A stretch of 64,000 nt of DNA from the NCBI RefSeq assembly GCF_036321535.1, contig NC_087438.1, forward strand, positions 4,466,001 through 4,530,000, written 5' to 3'. Within the stretch, counting starts at the first letter, position 1; the number at the start of each line of letters is the position of its first letter. Below, in pieces: positions 41,408-52,767 of the stretch. Under the pieces are notes generated by a model. The model did not search any database and was not told where the DNA came from. It saw only the letters and a list, made by a program, of their open reading frames with translations. The stretch is from Camelus dromedarius. Taxonomy: Eukaryota. The position numbers were made by a program, and so were the translations under genes.

Positions 41408-41474
41408 GTGGTACCTTGACAAATTTGAAGATTATCCAAAATTCAGAAAAGCTATGATTCCGTTCTTGTTCTGA
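41408..41474 (+). CDS. SRD5A1: SRD5A1 exon 5 coding part (to TGA)
   Basis: CAG acceptor; WYLDKFEDYPKFRKAMIPFLF-stop; total CDS 768 nt = 255 aa. Confidence 0.97.
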
Positions 41475-42275
41475 GTTCCTGGCAGTGGAATTCTCTTCGA
41501 CTTGAAGCCCCTGGACGGTGCTCCTCCAGGGATTATGTAAATGAATGTACGTCTCCGTGATTTTTCTGCTGCTTCATCCTTGTCAAGATTTGCTCTGGGA
41601 TTTTGTGTCTGCCGGCAGATCTGTAAGCTACCTAATAACAGGCCAGCTAAATTGATACGCAGGTTGAAGTGTGACGCCGCGCAGGTCAGGAGTCAGGAAC
41701 TCTGTAATGGCGGCTGGCCTCCTCCGATTTTGAATTTGCCTCTGTGGACCAAAACATTTCTCTACCCCTTATACAACCCCTGCAGCAATCGGTTTAAGGG
41801 CAAAGGTGATATTGCCCCTCCCCCCACAGAGGCATGTCCTGTCCTCACATCCCTCTCCTCCCACTAGGTCAGAGGGGCCTGGCGACCCACGCTGTACCCA
41901 CGCCTCTCGCTGGCCAGGGGAGAAGCTGGGCATAGAGGAGGGAGAGGCCCAGCGGAGGCCGGTGCAAAGGCCTCTGGCACCTGCTCCAGCCTGGCCCACA
42001 GGTGACTTCACTAGCAGGACAAGGCACTGACAATGTTAAGGAGCAAGCCGTGTCCCCCAGGAAGGGCCCTTGGCTGGGAGCATGAAGGCGCCGCAGGGCA
42101 GCCCTCCCATCTCAGGTCACTGGCCATGAGATGGATGTTCTTCCTCCTCCTAGGTAGAATTAGAATTTTTTTAAGGCATCTTTTTTTTTAAAGTCCCTCC
42201 CAATATTGCAAAACCATAACTGGAAACAATTTCTTATTCAAATACACTTGAAACTCCACGGACATCAATGGCAGT

Positions 42276-42748
42276 AATAAATGCACTACTCATTGCCAGA
42301 TGGTTTAAAAGAAACCCCTTGGGCCCTCTGTAAACCTCTAGGGAACACGTGGTGCAGACCCTCCCTGTCCTGGGACATGGCTGCCTCCCTTTGCTGCCGC
42401 CTTGCAGAGGTGGAAGCGGAGGGAGCAGTGGGAGTGGAGTCTGTGTTCACTTTGATCGCTGACCATGCTCAGTGGCAGGGTCGTCCTGGGCACCCCATCA
42501 GCCCCCTCCCCCGTCTCCTGCTTCACCTTCTGACCAGGGCTTCTCTCCCTCGTATTTCCACATGGAAGCTGTACTCTCGGTGTTTGTGCTTTTTAGGGCC
42601 TCTTGGGGTTTTAAAATTACACGGAAAACTTTTCCTGAGGTGGCTAGGCTTCATTTTCACTAGAAAATGGGATGCTTTTACAGGGAAACTTTATGATCAA
42701 ATAAACTTTTTCTAACTAAATAATTACTTGAAATCATAAAACAATAAA
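42276..42748 (+). terminator. SRD5A1: Candidate SRD5A1 polyadenylation signals (AATAAA at 42276, 42700, 42743)
   Basis: Three AATAAA hexamers 0.8-1.3 kb after the stop codon; which one is used cannot be told from sequence. Confidence 0.6.
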
Positions 42749-44205
42749 TATTTCAGATCTCCAGAAAACTCAGAAATTTGACCAAGTCTTGACTGGTTTG
42801 GGCCCCTGCGCTCTGGAAGGCGTTCCTGGCCGGGAAGATGCTTGTCTGAGAGCCAAAAGCTCATTGTGAACTTTACTTCTGTTTGTGCTTCTTTTTTATT
42901 TAAGTGACTGTGGGTGCAAAAGTTGGGTTAACTCAGGCCTTGACACACTGTTCCTGCTTCACCCTCCGGCTCTGGATAGATGATCCACATAGGAAGAGAT
43001 CCTGCTCTGTCTAGTCTGGCTGTCTTCTGCTTGCTGAAAACTGTAACTTAGCAAATCATCATCAGTCATTATTAATTACAATAATTAAGGAGTTTAATAA
43101 AATTACTTTTTAAAGTTTGGTCGTTTTGTTAGGCTTCTATCTGGACAATTGTTCACGCTCGACATTCAGACGGTAGCGTTATTTTCAGCCCTGAAATCCT
43201 CATCCCACATGTTAACATTTCATCGTGCCAAATACTCTTTTCTGTCTCTGGGAAGATCTGTGTACTGTTCTTATAAATCTTGTGCATTTCTGCTAAGGTT
43301 ATTTTTAGATGCTTGATTTTTTTTTTTATTGTGAGTAAGCATGTTTCCCCAAATACATTTCATAACCAGGATGAGTCAAAGCTCTTGATGTCTGTACGTT
43401 TCCACAACCAGCCATGCTGCTGAGATTATGTCATGAGTTCCAGGTTTTGTTGTTATTCTCAGGCTTTCTAGCCTTGCAGTCCCACCATTCTCAAACATCT
43501 CAGGTTCTTGTTTTGCAGTATTTGAAGCTGTTGCTTTTGTTAATTGTTCGCTTCTTAAATTAGCAAGAAATCCAAGAGCAGTATTGAACAATAGAGGTGA
43601 TTATTAGGGTTCTCGAGTAGTTTCAACAGGAATGTCTAATTTGAGATTGCTGTGTTGAGCACTCTTATTTCCTTGCGTGGTTATTGATCTGTGTTCTACT
43701 TTAGCCATTGGGATCAATTCTTTGCTTTTTTTTCTTAATCATCTATTTTATTTATTTTGAGATTTTGACTCCATACAGATCAGAAATGAAGATGAGTGTT
43801 TGCCAACAGGGTTAGAGGAAATGGCAAGATAAAACTGACATTCTGATCTTGTAGGTTACTTTCTTTACTAGATATTCTCAAAGCTTCTCTTTTTTGTTTG
43901 TTTTACTTTTATTATGGTAACTTCCTCTGTATTTCCTAGTTTATTAGTATCTGCCCTGATCTGATTTTCACTGTTCTAATTTGGGGAAAAATTTTGCTGT
44001 ATTCATAACTACTTAGAAGGAGTACTTTTTCTTCTCAGCAAGAGTGTTTTTAGCTTTTAAGACTCTGTAATATTGACCACATTTCCTTAAGTTTAATCGT
44101 GTTCCTGTAATTATGATTCTAAATAGTCTCAGCTGCATTTCTTAGGTTTACTTCGAACTAAATATTTTAGGGAAACTAATTTTTGTTTGGAATGGTGCCT
44201 TTTAC

Positions 44206-44614
44206 TGTTACGGAAATGACAGGCCAGCCAAGAAACAAGCACCACTCGAAGGGTTGGAGTACTCAGATTTATTACGCCGGCAGGCTCAGAGGGGCTTCTG
44301 CTCTGAAGCTCTGAGCACCTCCGAGATGTGTGCGTGGGGTTTTATAGGGTTAATTACAAGCTTGGGGCTATTAGCCAATAAGGCTCGAACAGCAAAACCA
44401 GGGAATCAGTACACTGGAACTTATCTATTAGGAACAGATCACGTTACTGACACTTGCTGAGCTTGGATTTTTGAGTTAGCTTGTTAGCCCAGTAGACTGA
44501 CATTAAACTTCAGGTTTACGAGTTAGCCCAGCAGAACTTAGATCAGTCAACCGTCACTTACTACACTTAGATTTATGAGTTACCCTGTTAGCCCAGCCTG
44601 GCTTCTCCTTCACA
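44206..44614 (-). mobile_element. Solo LTR, ERV1-class (4-bp TSD TTAC)
   Basis: TG...CA termini; TTAC at 44202-44205 and 44615-44618; AATAAA and TATAAAA on the minus strand; internal GTTAGCCCAG repeats. Confidence 0.85.
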
Positions 44615-44872
44615 TTACAACCATTTGGGGGGATTTTATTTAGCTTTTTGTTTTGTCACATGTGTGGGTATGATAGAGATCATTTTCTGTGAGATTTCTT
44701 CACTGTGGAGTTCAAGTTTTCCTTCATAGCCTCAAACCTTTTATAACAGTAACAACACCATTTTTAAAGTTTATGCTGTTTGGTCTATAGTTTGTTAATC
44801 AGACATTAATTGTATTGTTAAAGTTCTCTGCAACTGTTTCTAACATGTCAGATTTTCCTTTTACTTCTAGTA

Positions 44873-45475
44873 TGTGGGTTCTGCCCAGCAGAGGTCCCAC
44901 CGAGACGGAGTGAGTGACTCGAGCCTCTGTGGAAAGTCAAGAGAGGGAGAGGGAGTCGGGGACCAACTCCTCGAGCCTCTCAAACACTCTCATGTTTATT
45001 GTGTGCAATCAAAGAAAAGATCACAAACAATTGTGTCATGGAATGCAGGAGCTTAAGGAAAAACAGGATCGGGTCGAGATCATAAAATCCACAATGAGTA
45101 CAAAGGCTTAATTTATCTTCAGGGCAGTCGTGGGGGGAGGGCGACAAGGTACATTCTTCAGATATAAGAAGTTGACTACAAAACAGACCACCAGACCAGC
45201 CAGTTCCTTGTCTTGGGGCTTACAGAAAGCACGCCCAGTGTTTATAGCATTTATAGCAAGGGACACACAATGGCTTTGCCATTGGAAGCAGCCCTAGGCT
45301 AAAACCGCAACTATGCAAGCAGGGCGTTGTCTCTGCTTTTTACGGCAAGGAGACAGACGTGCAGATGCACAGGTGCCTGCTAGCGAAGCAGGTGCTAAGC
45401 ACGTTTGTTCCTCCTAAAGGTCCCAAGCAGCGGGGGGTCTGTTACAGTGTATCAACCCGGGCGTGGGCTCCCACA
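44873..45475 (-). mobile_element. Solo LTR, ERV2/ERVK-class (6-bp TSD CTAGTA)
   Basis: TGTGGG...CCCACA inverted termini; CTAGTA at 44867-44872 and 45476-45481; AATAAA on the minus strand at 44995-45000. Confidence 0.88.
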
Positions 45476-45909
45476 CTAGTAGGTTTTGCTTTATGTTTTG
45501 ATGCTGTTTCTCACAAGTTTCCACCTTACAGTCTGGACTTGTTATCTATCTAAGATACTCTTCCTCCTGAGTGCCTTTTGCCTTGAATTTGATTCTTTGA
45601 TAAGAAGATTGACACAGTGCTTTTTTTAGTCAATAAATTCATCTGGCATTTCTTTGCCCGTCTTCTCATTCCAAAGTTTTAAATATTATTCCTTTTAGTT
45701 GTCTTTATCAACATAATAAATGGACTTTGCCACTTAATAAGTTAGATCAAATTTTGTTACTAATTGCTACACTGAAATGTAGCATTTATCACATTTTCTG
45801 TTATTATTTGTTTGCAGCTTCCTTTGTTTACTTTCCATAGTGATTTGGAAAGAGGCATCCCCACCTCCGCTTTTTTTTCTTAAGCATCATCGGGAGTTGG
45901 TTTATGTTT

Positions 45910-45972
45910 TTAGGAGCACACTTAGGGGTGCACTTAGGAGTACACTAGGGGTACACTGAAGGGTACACTTAG
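45910..45972 (+). repeat. Short ~12-bp minisatellite (approx. TAGGGGTACACT) x5
   Basis: taggagcacact taggggtgcact taggagtacac taggggtacact gaagggtacact tag. Confidence 0.8.
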
Positions 45973-46814
45973 AAGCTTCTGGTTAAACAGGATGAACTTA
46001 ACATGTGCCCTTACGTCTCTGCTCCCCGTCCTGCCCTTCATTACAGGCACTGTGAAGGAATTTAAGGATGGGGGATGGCCCCATAAAGGGAATGAGAGCG
46101 AGTCATCACTGCAGGGTAACCACAGCACCCGTGGGAGCGGAGGCAGGTGAGGCCGGCAGAGGTGCGGTGATGATGGGGAGAGCCCACAGTGCGCCCGCCA
46201 AGAGGGGAGTTCCTAAATGCCAGGGCTGACACAAGGGCGGGAATGAAACACACACTGCAGGGCCGCCTGGAAGCACTCAGGCCATTCCTGCTCCCCACCA
46301 AGAGCATGCAAAGCCCCGAAGTCAGCTGTACGGCCCTTCCCAGGGAACATCACAGTGAGGGCAGGGCGGAGGCCTTCCATTAACAGAAATTAGCTCTCGG
46401 GGGGAGCACCAGAGCAACCAGACATCAGCATCCCAGGAAAAAATTCTCCACGTTTTGGTCTTTGGGGACCCTCTGTATGGTGGTAGATCACCTTTCGTTT
46501 TGTGCTGCTCGGAGACTGGGGGGGGGGGGGGGCATCGCCCCTCAGTTACAGGCTCCTACTGCGCTTTCCTGGTGCTTTTGACAAAATGTGAACTGATCCC
46601 CCAGAATCACTGGATACCTAGAAAAGTCTACATCGTGAAAAGTAAAACAAACGCCTCTAGAGAAAACATCCTTCTGGAGCAAAAGGAAAATGTCCTTAAA
46701 AAATTGTAACACCTGGGCAATCTGGTGCCAACGGGTGAGTGGACACCTGCCGGGCGTCATGCACAGGAGCAAGACCCAGCAGTGTGGAGGGGCAGGCTAC
46801 CGAGGAGGCTTACA

Positions 46815-48275
46815 GATCACATCTGATAAAGGTTTTGTATCCAGATGTGTAAAGACCTCTCAAATTTCAATAACAAATATTTTAAAACATTTTTATTCAC
46901 CAAAGAATACCTGCAAATGGCAAATAAGCACACACAAGGAGTCTTACCATCTTTACTCATTAGGGAAACACCAATCAAACCACAATGAGATACCAGCACC
47001 CATCTCTTAGAATAACTAAAATTAAAAAGAACAGCCCACCCAAGACTCAGCAAGAATATGGAGTCACTGAAACTCCCACACACCGCTAGTGGGAACGTGG
47101 AATTGTTAGAGCAGGCAGATAACTAAATATGAGCAGAGAAAGGGGGACACAGACCAAATGACAGGAATTGGGCAGAAAGGAGGGGCACAAGCCAAATGCA
47201 GGAAACCATACATCATGTAAGCACCAGGGGTCTCTGGACAGAGAAAGAAAAGCAGGAACCTTTGGGTTGATAAGGGGTCACAACTTTTAGGGTGATGAGT
47301 GGCCTGGGGACCAACAAAGAAAGGTGAGAAAAGGCAGGAATTTCCAATGTCCGAATGTAAACTTTTGCTCATTATGTCCTCATTTCAATAAACAGCCTTG
47401 CAGATCAGAAGTACCCATCATGCACCGACACCATGACACTTCCGATCCAGACTAAATAAAGACAAAAATCCTTCCTCCCTTTGGGAAGGTGGAGTTGGGA
47501 TGATAACCAGGGAATATGACCCCAAGCCCTTCCCTCCCCAGTGAATATTCCGCCCATTCATTTTTACACCTTGTGTAACTTAATTTGCCAAAGAAACACA
47601 GGGCAGCCACTCACCTGAGCCCGCTCTTCCCTTGAGAGTGTACTATCCATCCTTTAATAAATCCTCACTTTACTTTTTTAACCACTACGTCTTCTCTCTG
47701 AATTCTTCCTGGGACAGGACAAGAACCTGGAACACCAGTTGCATCTACTGGCAACAGAATGATCCAACCAATTTAGAAAACACTTTGACAGTTTCCTAAG
47801 AAGTTAAACATACACTTATTATATGACCCAGACATTTCACTCCTAGGCGTTTACCCAAGAAAATGAAAGCATATGTCTATACAAAAACTTTTATATGAAT
47901 GTTTATAGCAGTTTTATTTACAATAGCCAAAAACCAAGAGGTGAATGACTAAACTAAACATGTGTGATATCCATACAATGGAATACTACTCTGCAATAAA
48001 AAAGAATAAACTATGAATCCCAGCAGCAACATGAATGTATCTCTAAATCATTACACTGACTGAAAGAAGCTGGTCAGAAAAGAGAGAATGCAGTATTGTG
48101 CGCAGGTAAGCATTTGCCTGGGAATGAGGGCAAGGAAGGAGGGGTCGTATTACAAAAGGGCACAAGGAAGCATTTGGGGTTGTTGGGTTGTTGTATATTA
48201 TCTTGGTTGTATAAAAGTTTCATGGCAGTATGCATTAAGTTATACAGTTTAGATATATGCAGTTCATTGTATGTC
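46815..48275 (+). mobile_element. Old L1M 3' fragment, interrupted by an LTR
   Basis: L1 ORF2-end text (TCTGATAAAGGTTTTGTATCCAGA...; ATATGACCCAGACATTTCACTCCTAGG...; ACAATGGAATACTACTCTGCAATAAAAAAG) on both sides of 47104-47756. Confidence 0.78.
47104..47756 (+). mobile_element. Solo LTR, ERV1-class (4-bp TSD GAAT), nested in L1
   Basis: TGTT...AACA termini; GAAT at 47100-47103 and 47757-47760; AATAAA near 47655 followed by U5-like sequence. Confidence 0.87.
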
Positions 48276-48280
48276 CATTC

Positions 48281-48402
48281 TTTTTTTTAAGTAATTTTTA
48301 TGTATTATTTTTTAAACTTTTTTTTTAATGGAAGTACTGGGGATTGAACCCAAGACCTCATACATGCTAAGCACACACTCTACCACTGAGTTATACCATC
48401 CC
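48281..48402 (-). mobile_element. tRNA-derived SINE (Vic-1-like)
   Basis: Minus strand GGTATAACTCAGTGGTAGAG...GGGTTCAATCCCCAGTACTTCC plus A-rich tail; same family as 25522-25641. Confidence 0.85.
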
Positions 48403-50509
48403 TACCTCGGAATGTCCTGTCTCAAGCTTTTTTTTTTTCTTAAAGAAAATATAAGTTATTACACTCACAAAACAATAGGATGCAATGAAAATGAAATTCT
48501 CTGAGAATAATGAATCTAGGAACTTAGAAAACAAAAACTTGATAGAAGAGGTAGAAGGTAAAATCAAGATTGTCCTAGAAAATGTAACAAAAGATCAAGA
48601 ATGAGGAAACATAGGACCAAGTAGGAGGTCCCACATTTAATGTGCAGGCGTTGCAGGAAAGCATTCTCTCCAATCCTGGAACCTGGATGATTTCAGGAAA
48701 CTCTCTCCACAGAAGGTGATCAGAGGTTTGCTTCAAGATGACCCTTGAAACCAGGTGGGCTCAGATGAGACAGGAAGACCTGGTTGGCTTTCTGGTGAAG
48801 GAAGGGGGCAACTCCCTGGAGAATAACAGTGTTTGGTACTAGAAAGGGAAACACAAAGCAATACCACCTGTGGGGGCGTGTGTGTCAAAGTATAAACGCA
48901 GGGATTGGATACACAGAAGTCCTTGATTGCGGTTGGCTTTGAAGGTGAGAGGAGACTGGAACTGAGGAAGGGAATCTAGGAGACATTAGCGTTCCGGGGT
49001 GGGTATTTGTTCCCATCTTGTTTCCTTTAAAGATCTAAAGCAAATATATCAAATCTATTTTTTCAAATATCAACATTTATGCTGGGTAGTTATACTTTGT
49101 AGTTTTATGTATTTTTAAATTTTTGATTAAAAAAAGAAAAGAATACAGAGATGAACAGTGGCGTTTAGACGGCGAGGAAAGGGAAGCCAGGATGCTGTAA
49201 ATAGGAAAGGAGAAAAGAAATGGGCGATGAGCAAAGCATACATGTCTTGAATCCACACAGACATTCAGAGGGAAACTCACAGGACCATGGAGAGCTCCAC
49301 ACAGGCCGCTGCCATGTGCTCAGGTCAGAGGGTCTCCCTGTCTCCTCCTTGTCAGTGCTGTCGGGGGACTGCAGGCAGCACAAGGAGGCCGTGAGCCCTG
49401 CTGAGATTTGATGACAGTTCCTGCACCCTGAATGAGATAGTGTAACAGAGGATAGATACTGCACCCCCTAAGTCCTGTATCGCCGGGGGAAATGCTGGGT
49501 CGGGCTACTCAGCACACTTCTGGAGTAACCTGTGGTCCACTGTGCCAGGCACAGTATCAGAGGAGAAGAAGAACAGGCAAAATACAGTTTGCGCCTAGTA
49601 GATCTGGGGTCTAGCTTAGAGAAAGACGTACACAGAAGGAAAATACAATACAATGTTTGCCTAACGGGAAGTGAAAAAGACAGAAGGCCCTCAATCTGCT
49701 CAGAAGATGCAATATTTTTACAATTCGGGGAGAAATAGTCTGGGCAGAGGATGGAAGAGTGAAGGGCAAGGAGGCTTCCTGGGACCAAACTGAGTCCAAA
49801 GTTGGTGAAGATCAAGTAAGAAAGGGGGACGGGAGAGCCTAGGATAAAACTGGCAGGTGAGAAGCATGTGAGGAAGGCACCCAAGTGACAGCCAAAGGAT
49901 AGAAAGTCCCGTGGTTCAGGGCCCACAGGAGACGTCTGAGCGGGAGAGCGACCATGTCAGACCTAGAGGCTACAGCGGTGTCTCTGGGAGTGATGAGCGA
50001 GACGCAGATGAGTGAGCTGCCTCTCAAGAAAGGGAGGCTGGTGGGGAACCAGGAGAAGACGGGCCGGAGAGGTGAGAATGACACACTGGGGACTGGATGT
50101 TGAAAGGCTGTATTTCGAAAGGAGCAAAGGATTTGAATGGATGCTTCACTAAGGAAAATATACTCATGGCAAGTAAGCCCATGAAAAGACATTCAACATC
50201 CTGAGTCCTTAGGAAAATGCGTCGACATCAGAAACACATCACCACGCATGAGATAGACTGGTTCAGATCAAAGGGCTGACCATACTGTTGGTGAGGACGT
50301 GAAGCAACTTAAAGTCATACATGTTACTGGTGGGAATGGAAAACAGTAAGACTGCTTTGGAAAACTAGCAATTTTCTACCTTTCCTTTCTCTCTTTCTCT
50401 CTTCCTTCCTCCCCTCCTTTCTTTGTTTCTTCTTTTCATTCTTATGTTCTTTCACTCTCTCTCTTTCTCTCTTTTCCTTTTTTTTTTTTTTTGGAGTTGC
50501 CAAATTTTT

Positions 50510-50718
50510 TAAAACATTTTTATTGATTTATAATCACTTTACAATGTTGTGTCAAATTCCAGTGTAGAGCACAATTTTTCAGTTATACACGAACATATAT
50601 ATGTTCATTGTCACATTTTTTTCTCTGTGAGCTACCAAAAGATCTTGTGTATATTTCCCTGTGCTATACAGTATAATCTTGTTTATCTATTCTACAATTT
50701 TGAAATCCCGTCTATCTT
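50510..50718 (-). mobile_element. Young L1 3' end fragment with 16-bp TSD
   Basis: GAGTTGCCAAATTTTT at 50494-50509 and 50719-50734; body closely matches the L1 3' end at ~56355-56560. Confidence 0.88.
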
Positions 50719-52000
50719 GAGTTGCCAAATTTTTAATGCTGATTAAAAGCCAGATAATTCATGGTCTTTCATTTTTATCACTGTTTGATCATGAACAGCA
50801 GACACTGTTGGTCTACAATGTATCATCCATCTATACACAAGAACATCATAACATATTCTTACTCTTGAATTCTGAGTTTGAAAGTTAAGATGAGTTTCTA
50901 TTGAAACTTAGGAAATTGTAACTATAAACAGTGATTGAATTTCTGAAAATGTTTGCTTGTTCTTTGAAGACAATTCACAGTGTAAATTTAATAAGTACCC
51001 CACTGCAATTTTAGGAGATACATTCCTAATATTTATCTTTCTCCTGGACTTAAAATTCCTGAAAGCTTCCCTTCATTGTCAAAGCTCAGAAGTATTTATT
51101 CCGTGGCACACTGAATTAGAAATGTGATATCAGAGGATTTGGAAACAGTTTATGACATGCCAAGTATAGACTGTAATATCGTAAGAGATTCCAGTTCAAG
51201 TTGGCAGGCAAAACGTAATTTAAACATAAAGTGCTATATTTAAAAAGCAAACAAAATTTCAATTTGGATAAATAAAAATAATTCCATTTTCAAACGTCAG
51301 CATCACAAAGAATGGAATGCACACAAAAGAATCATCACTGCAGAGATGTCCCTCTGCTTTTCCTAGAGATGAAGCTGGTCAAGTGGTGATGAAGGACGAG
51401 CAGCCTCCTGAGTGACATGCAAGAGGCATAACGTACTCACTGGCCTCCCCTAAACGTTGTTACATTGACTCCAAATAGTATGAAAACTACAGGTCTGCTC
51501 AAAATGGAGGTTCTCTAAGCACAGTGCTAACCAGTTTGACCAGAAAAAAAGCCAGCGTTAACTAGGTATACAATCTTTATTGACTATATTTTTTTCATTT
51601 AAAAAAAAAAAAAAAAGCTAGTCCAAAAATGTCCTCATCCTCTAAAGATGTGTCTCTTCCAAATACAGTGGAACAGACGTGACCACATGCCTTAGAATTC
51701 CTTACAGAATCACTCCCGGACACAACCAGCCCAGCATTTGCAGGTTGTGTTTGGTGATGAGAGTGTAAGAGGCTGTCAGACCCATTTCAACAAAGCCAGG
51801 AGGCTGATTGTTAACATGTTAAAATGATTCAGACATCCAATGGTTGATTGTATGCTAATTATTTATGTAGAGCATTGATTCACTAACATAAAAAACAAAT
51901 GACAGCAGCCAGACAACCACCTCATTCAGTATCCAGAGGGTTAATTCTCCTTCCTATTTCTGCAGGCAAGTCCTTCTATGACCAAAATCGTGTGGCTTCC

Positions 52001-52767
52001 ACAAATGACACATGCTGGGGAGGGTGTGGAGAAAAGGTGGGAATGCTGGTGGGAATGCAGTTTGATGCAACCATTATGGAAAACAGTATGGAGTGTCCTC
52101 AAAAAACTAAAAATAGACTTACCCTATGATCCAGCAATCCCTCTCCTGGGCATATATCTGGAGGGAACTCTAATTCAAAAAAATACATGCTCCCCACTGT
52201 TCATAGCAGCACTATTTACAATAGCCAAGACATGAAAATAACCTAAATGTCCATCGACAGATGAATGGATAAACAAGCTGAAGTATATTTATATAGTGGA
52301 ATACTACTCAGCTGTAAAAATAATAAAATAATACCATTTGCAGCAACATGGAGAGCATCCTTCTAAGTGAAGGAAGCCAGAAAGAGAGGAAAATACCATG
52401 TGATATCACTCATATGTGGAATCTAAGAAGAGAAGAAAGAAGACTCTAATGAACTCATCTTCAAAACAGAAACAGATTCACAGACATAGTAAATAATCTT
52501 ACGGTTACCAGGGGGAAAGAGGGTGGGAAAGTATAAATTTGGGAGCTCAAGATTTGCAAATATTAGCTACTATATATAAAAATAGATTTAAAAATTGTTC
52601 TTCTGTATAGCACAGGGAAATACGGTCCATACCTTGTAATAAACTTTACTGTAGAAGACTATGAAAGCAAATATATATGTATATATATGTATGGCTGGGA
52701 CATCAGACTGTACACCAGAGATTGAGACATTGTAACTGACTATATGCCAATTAAAAAGAAAAAAGAC
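52001..52767 (+). mobile_element. 5'-truncated L1 (ORF2 C-terminus plus 3'UTR) with TSD
   Basis: QPLWKTVWSVLKKLKIDLPYDPAIPLLGIY; A-rich tail; ATC(G/T)TGTGGCTTCC at 51987-52000 and 52768-52781. Confidence 0.88.
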
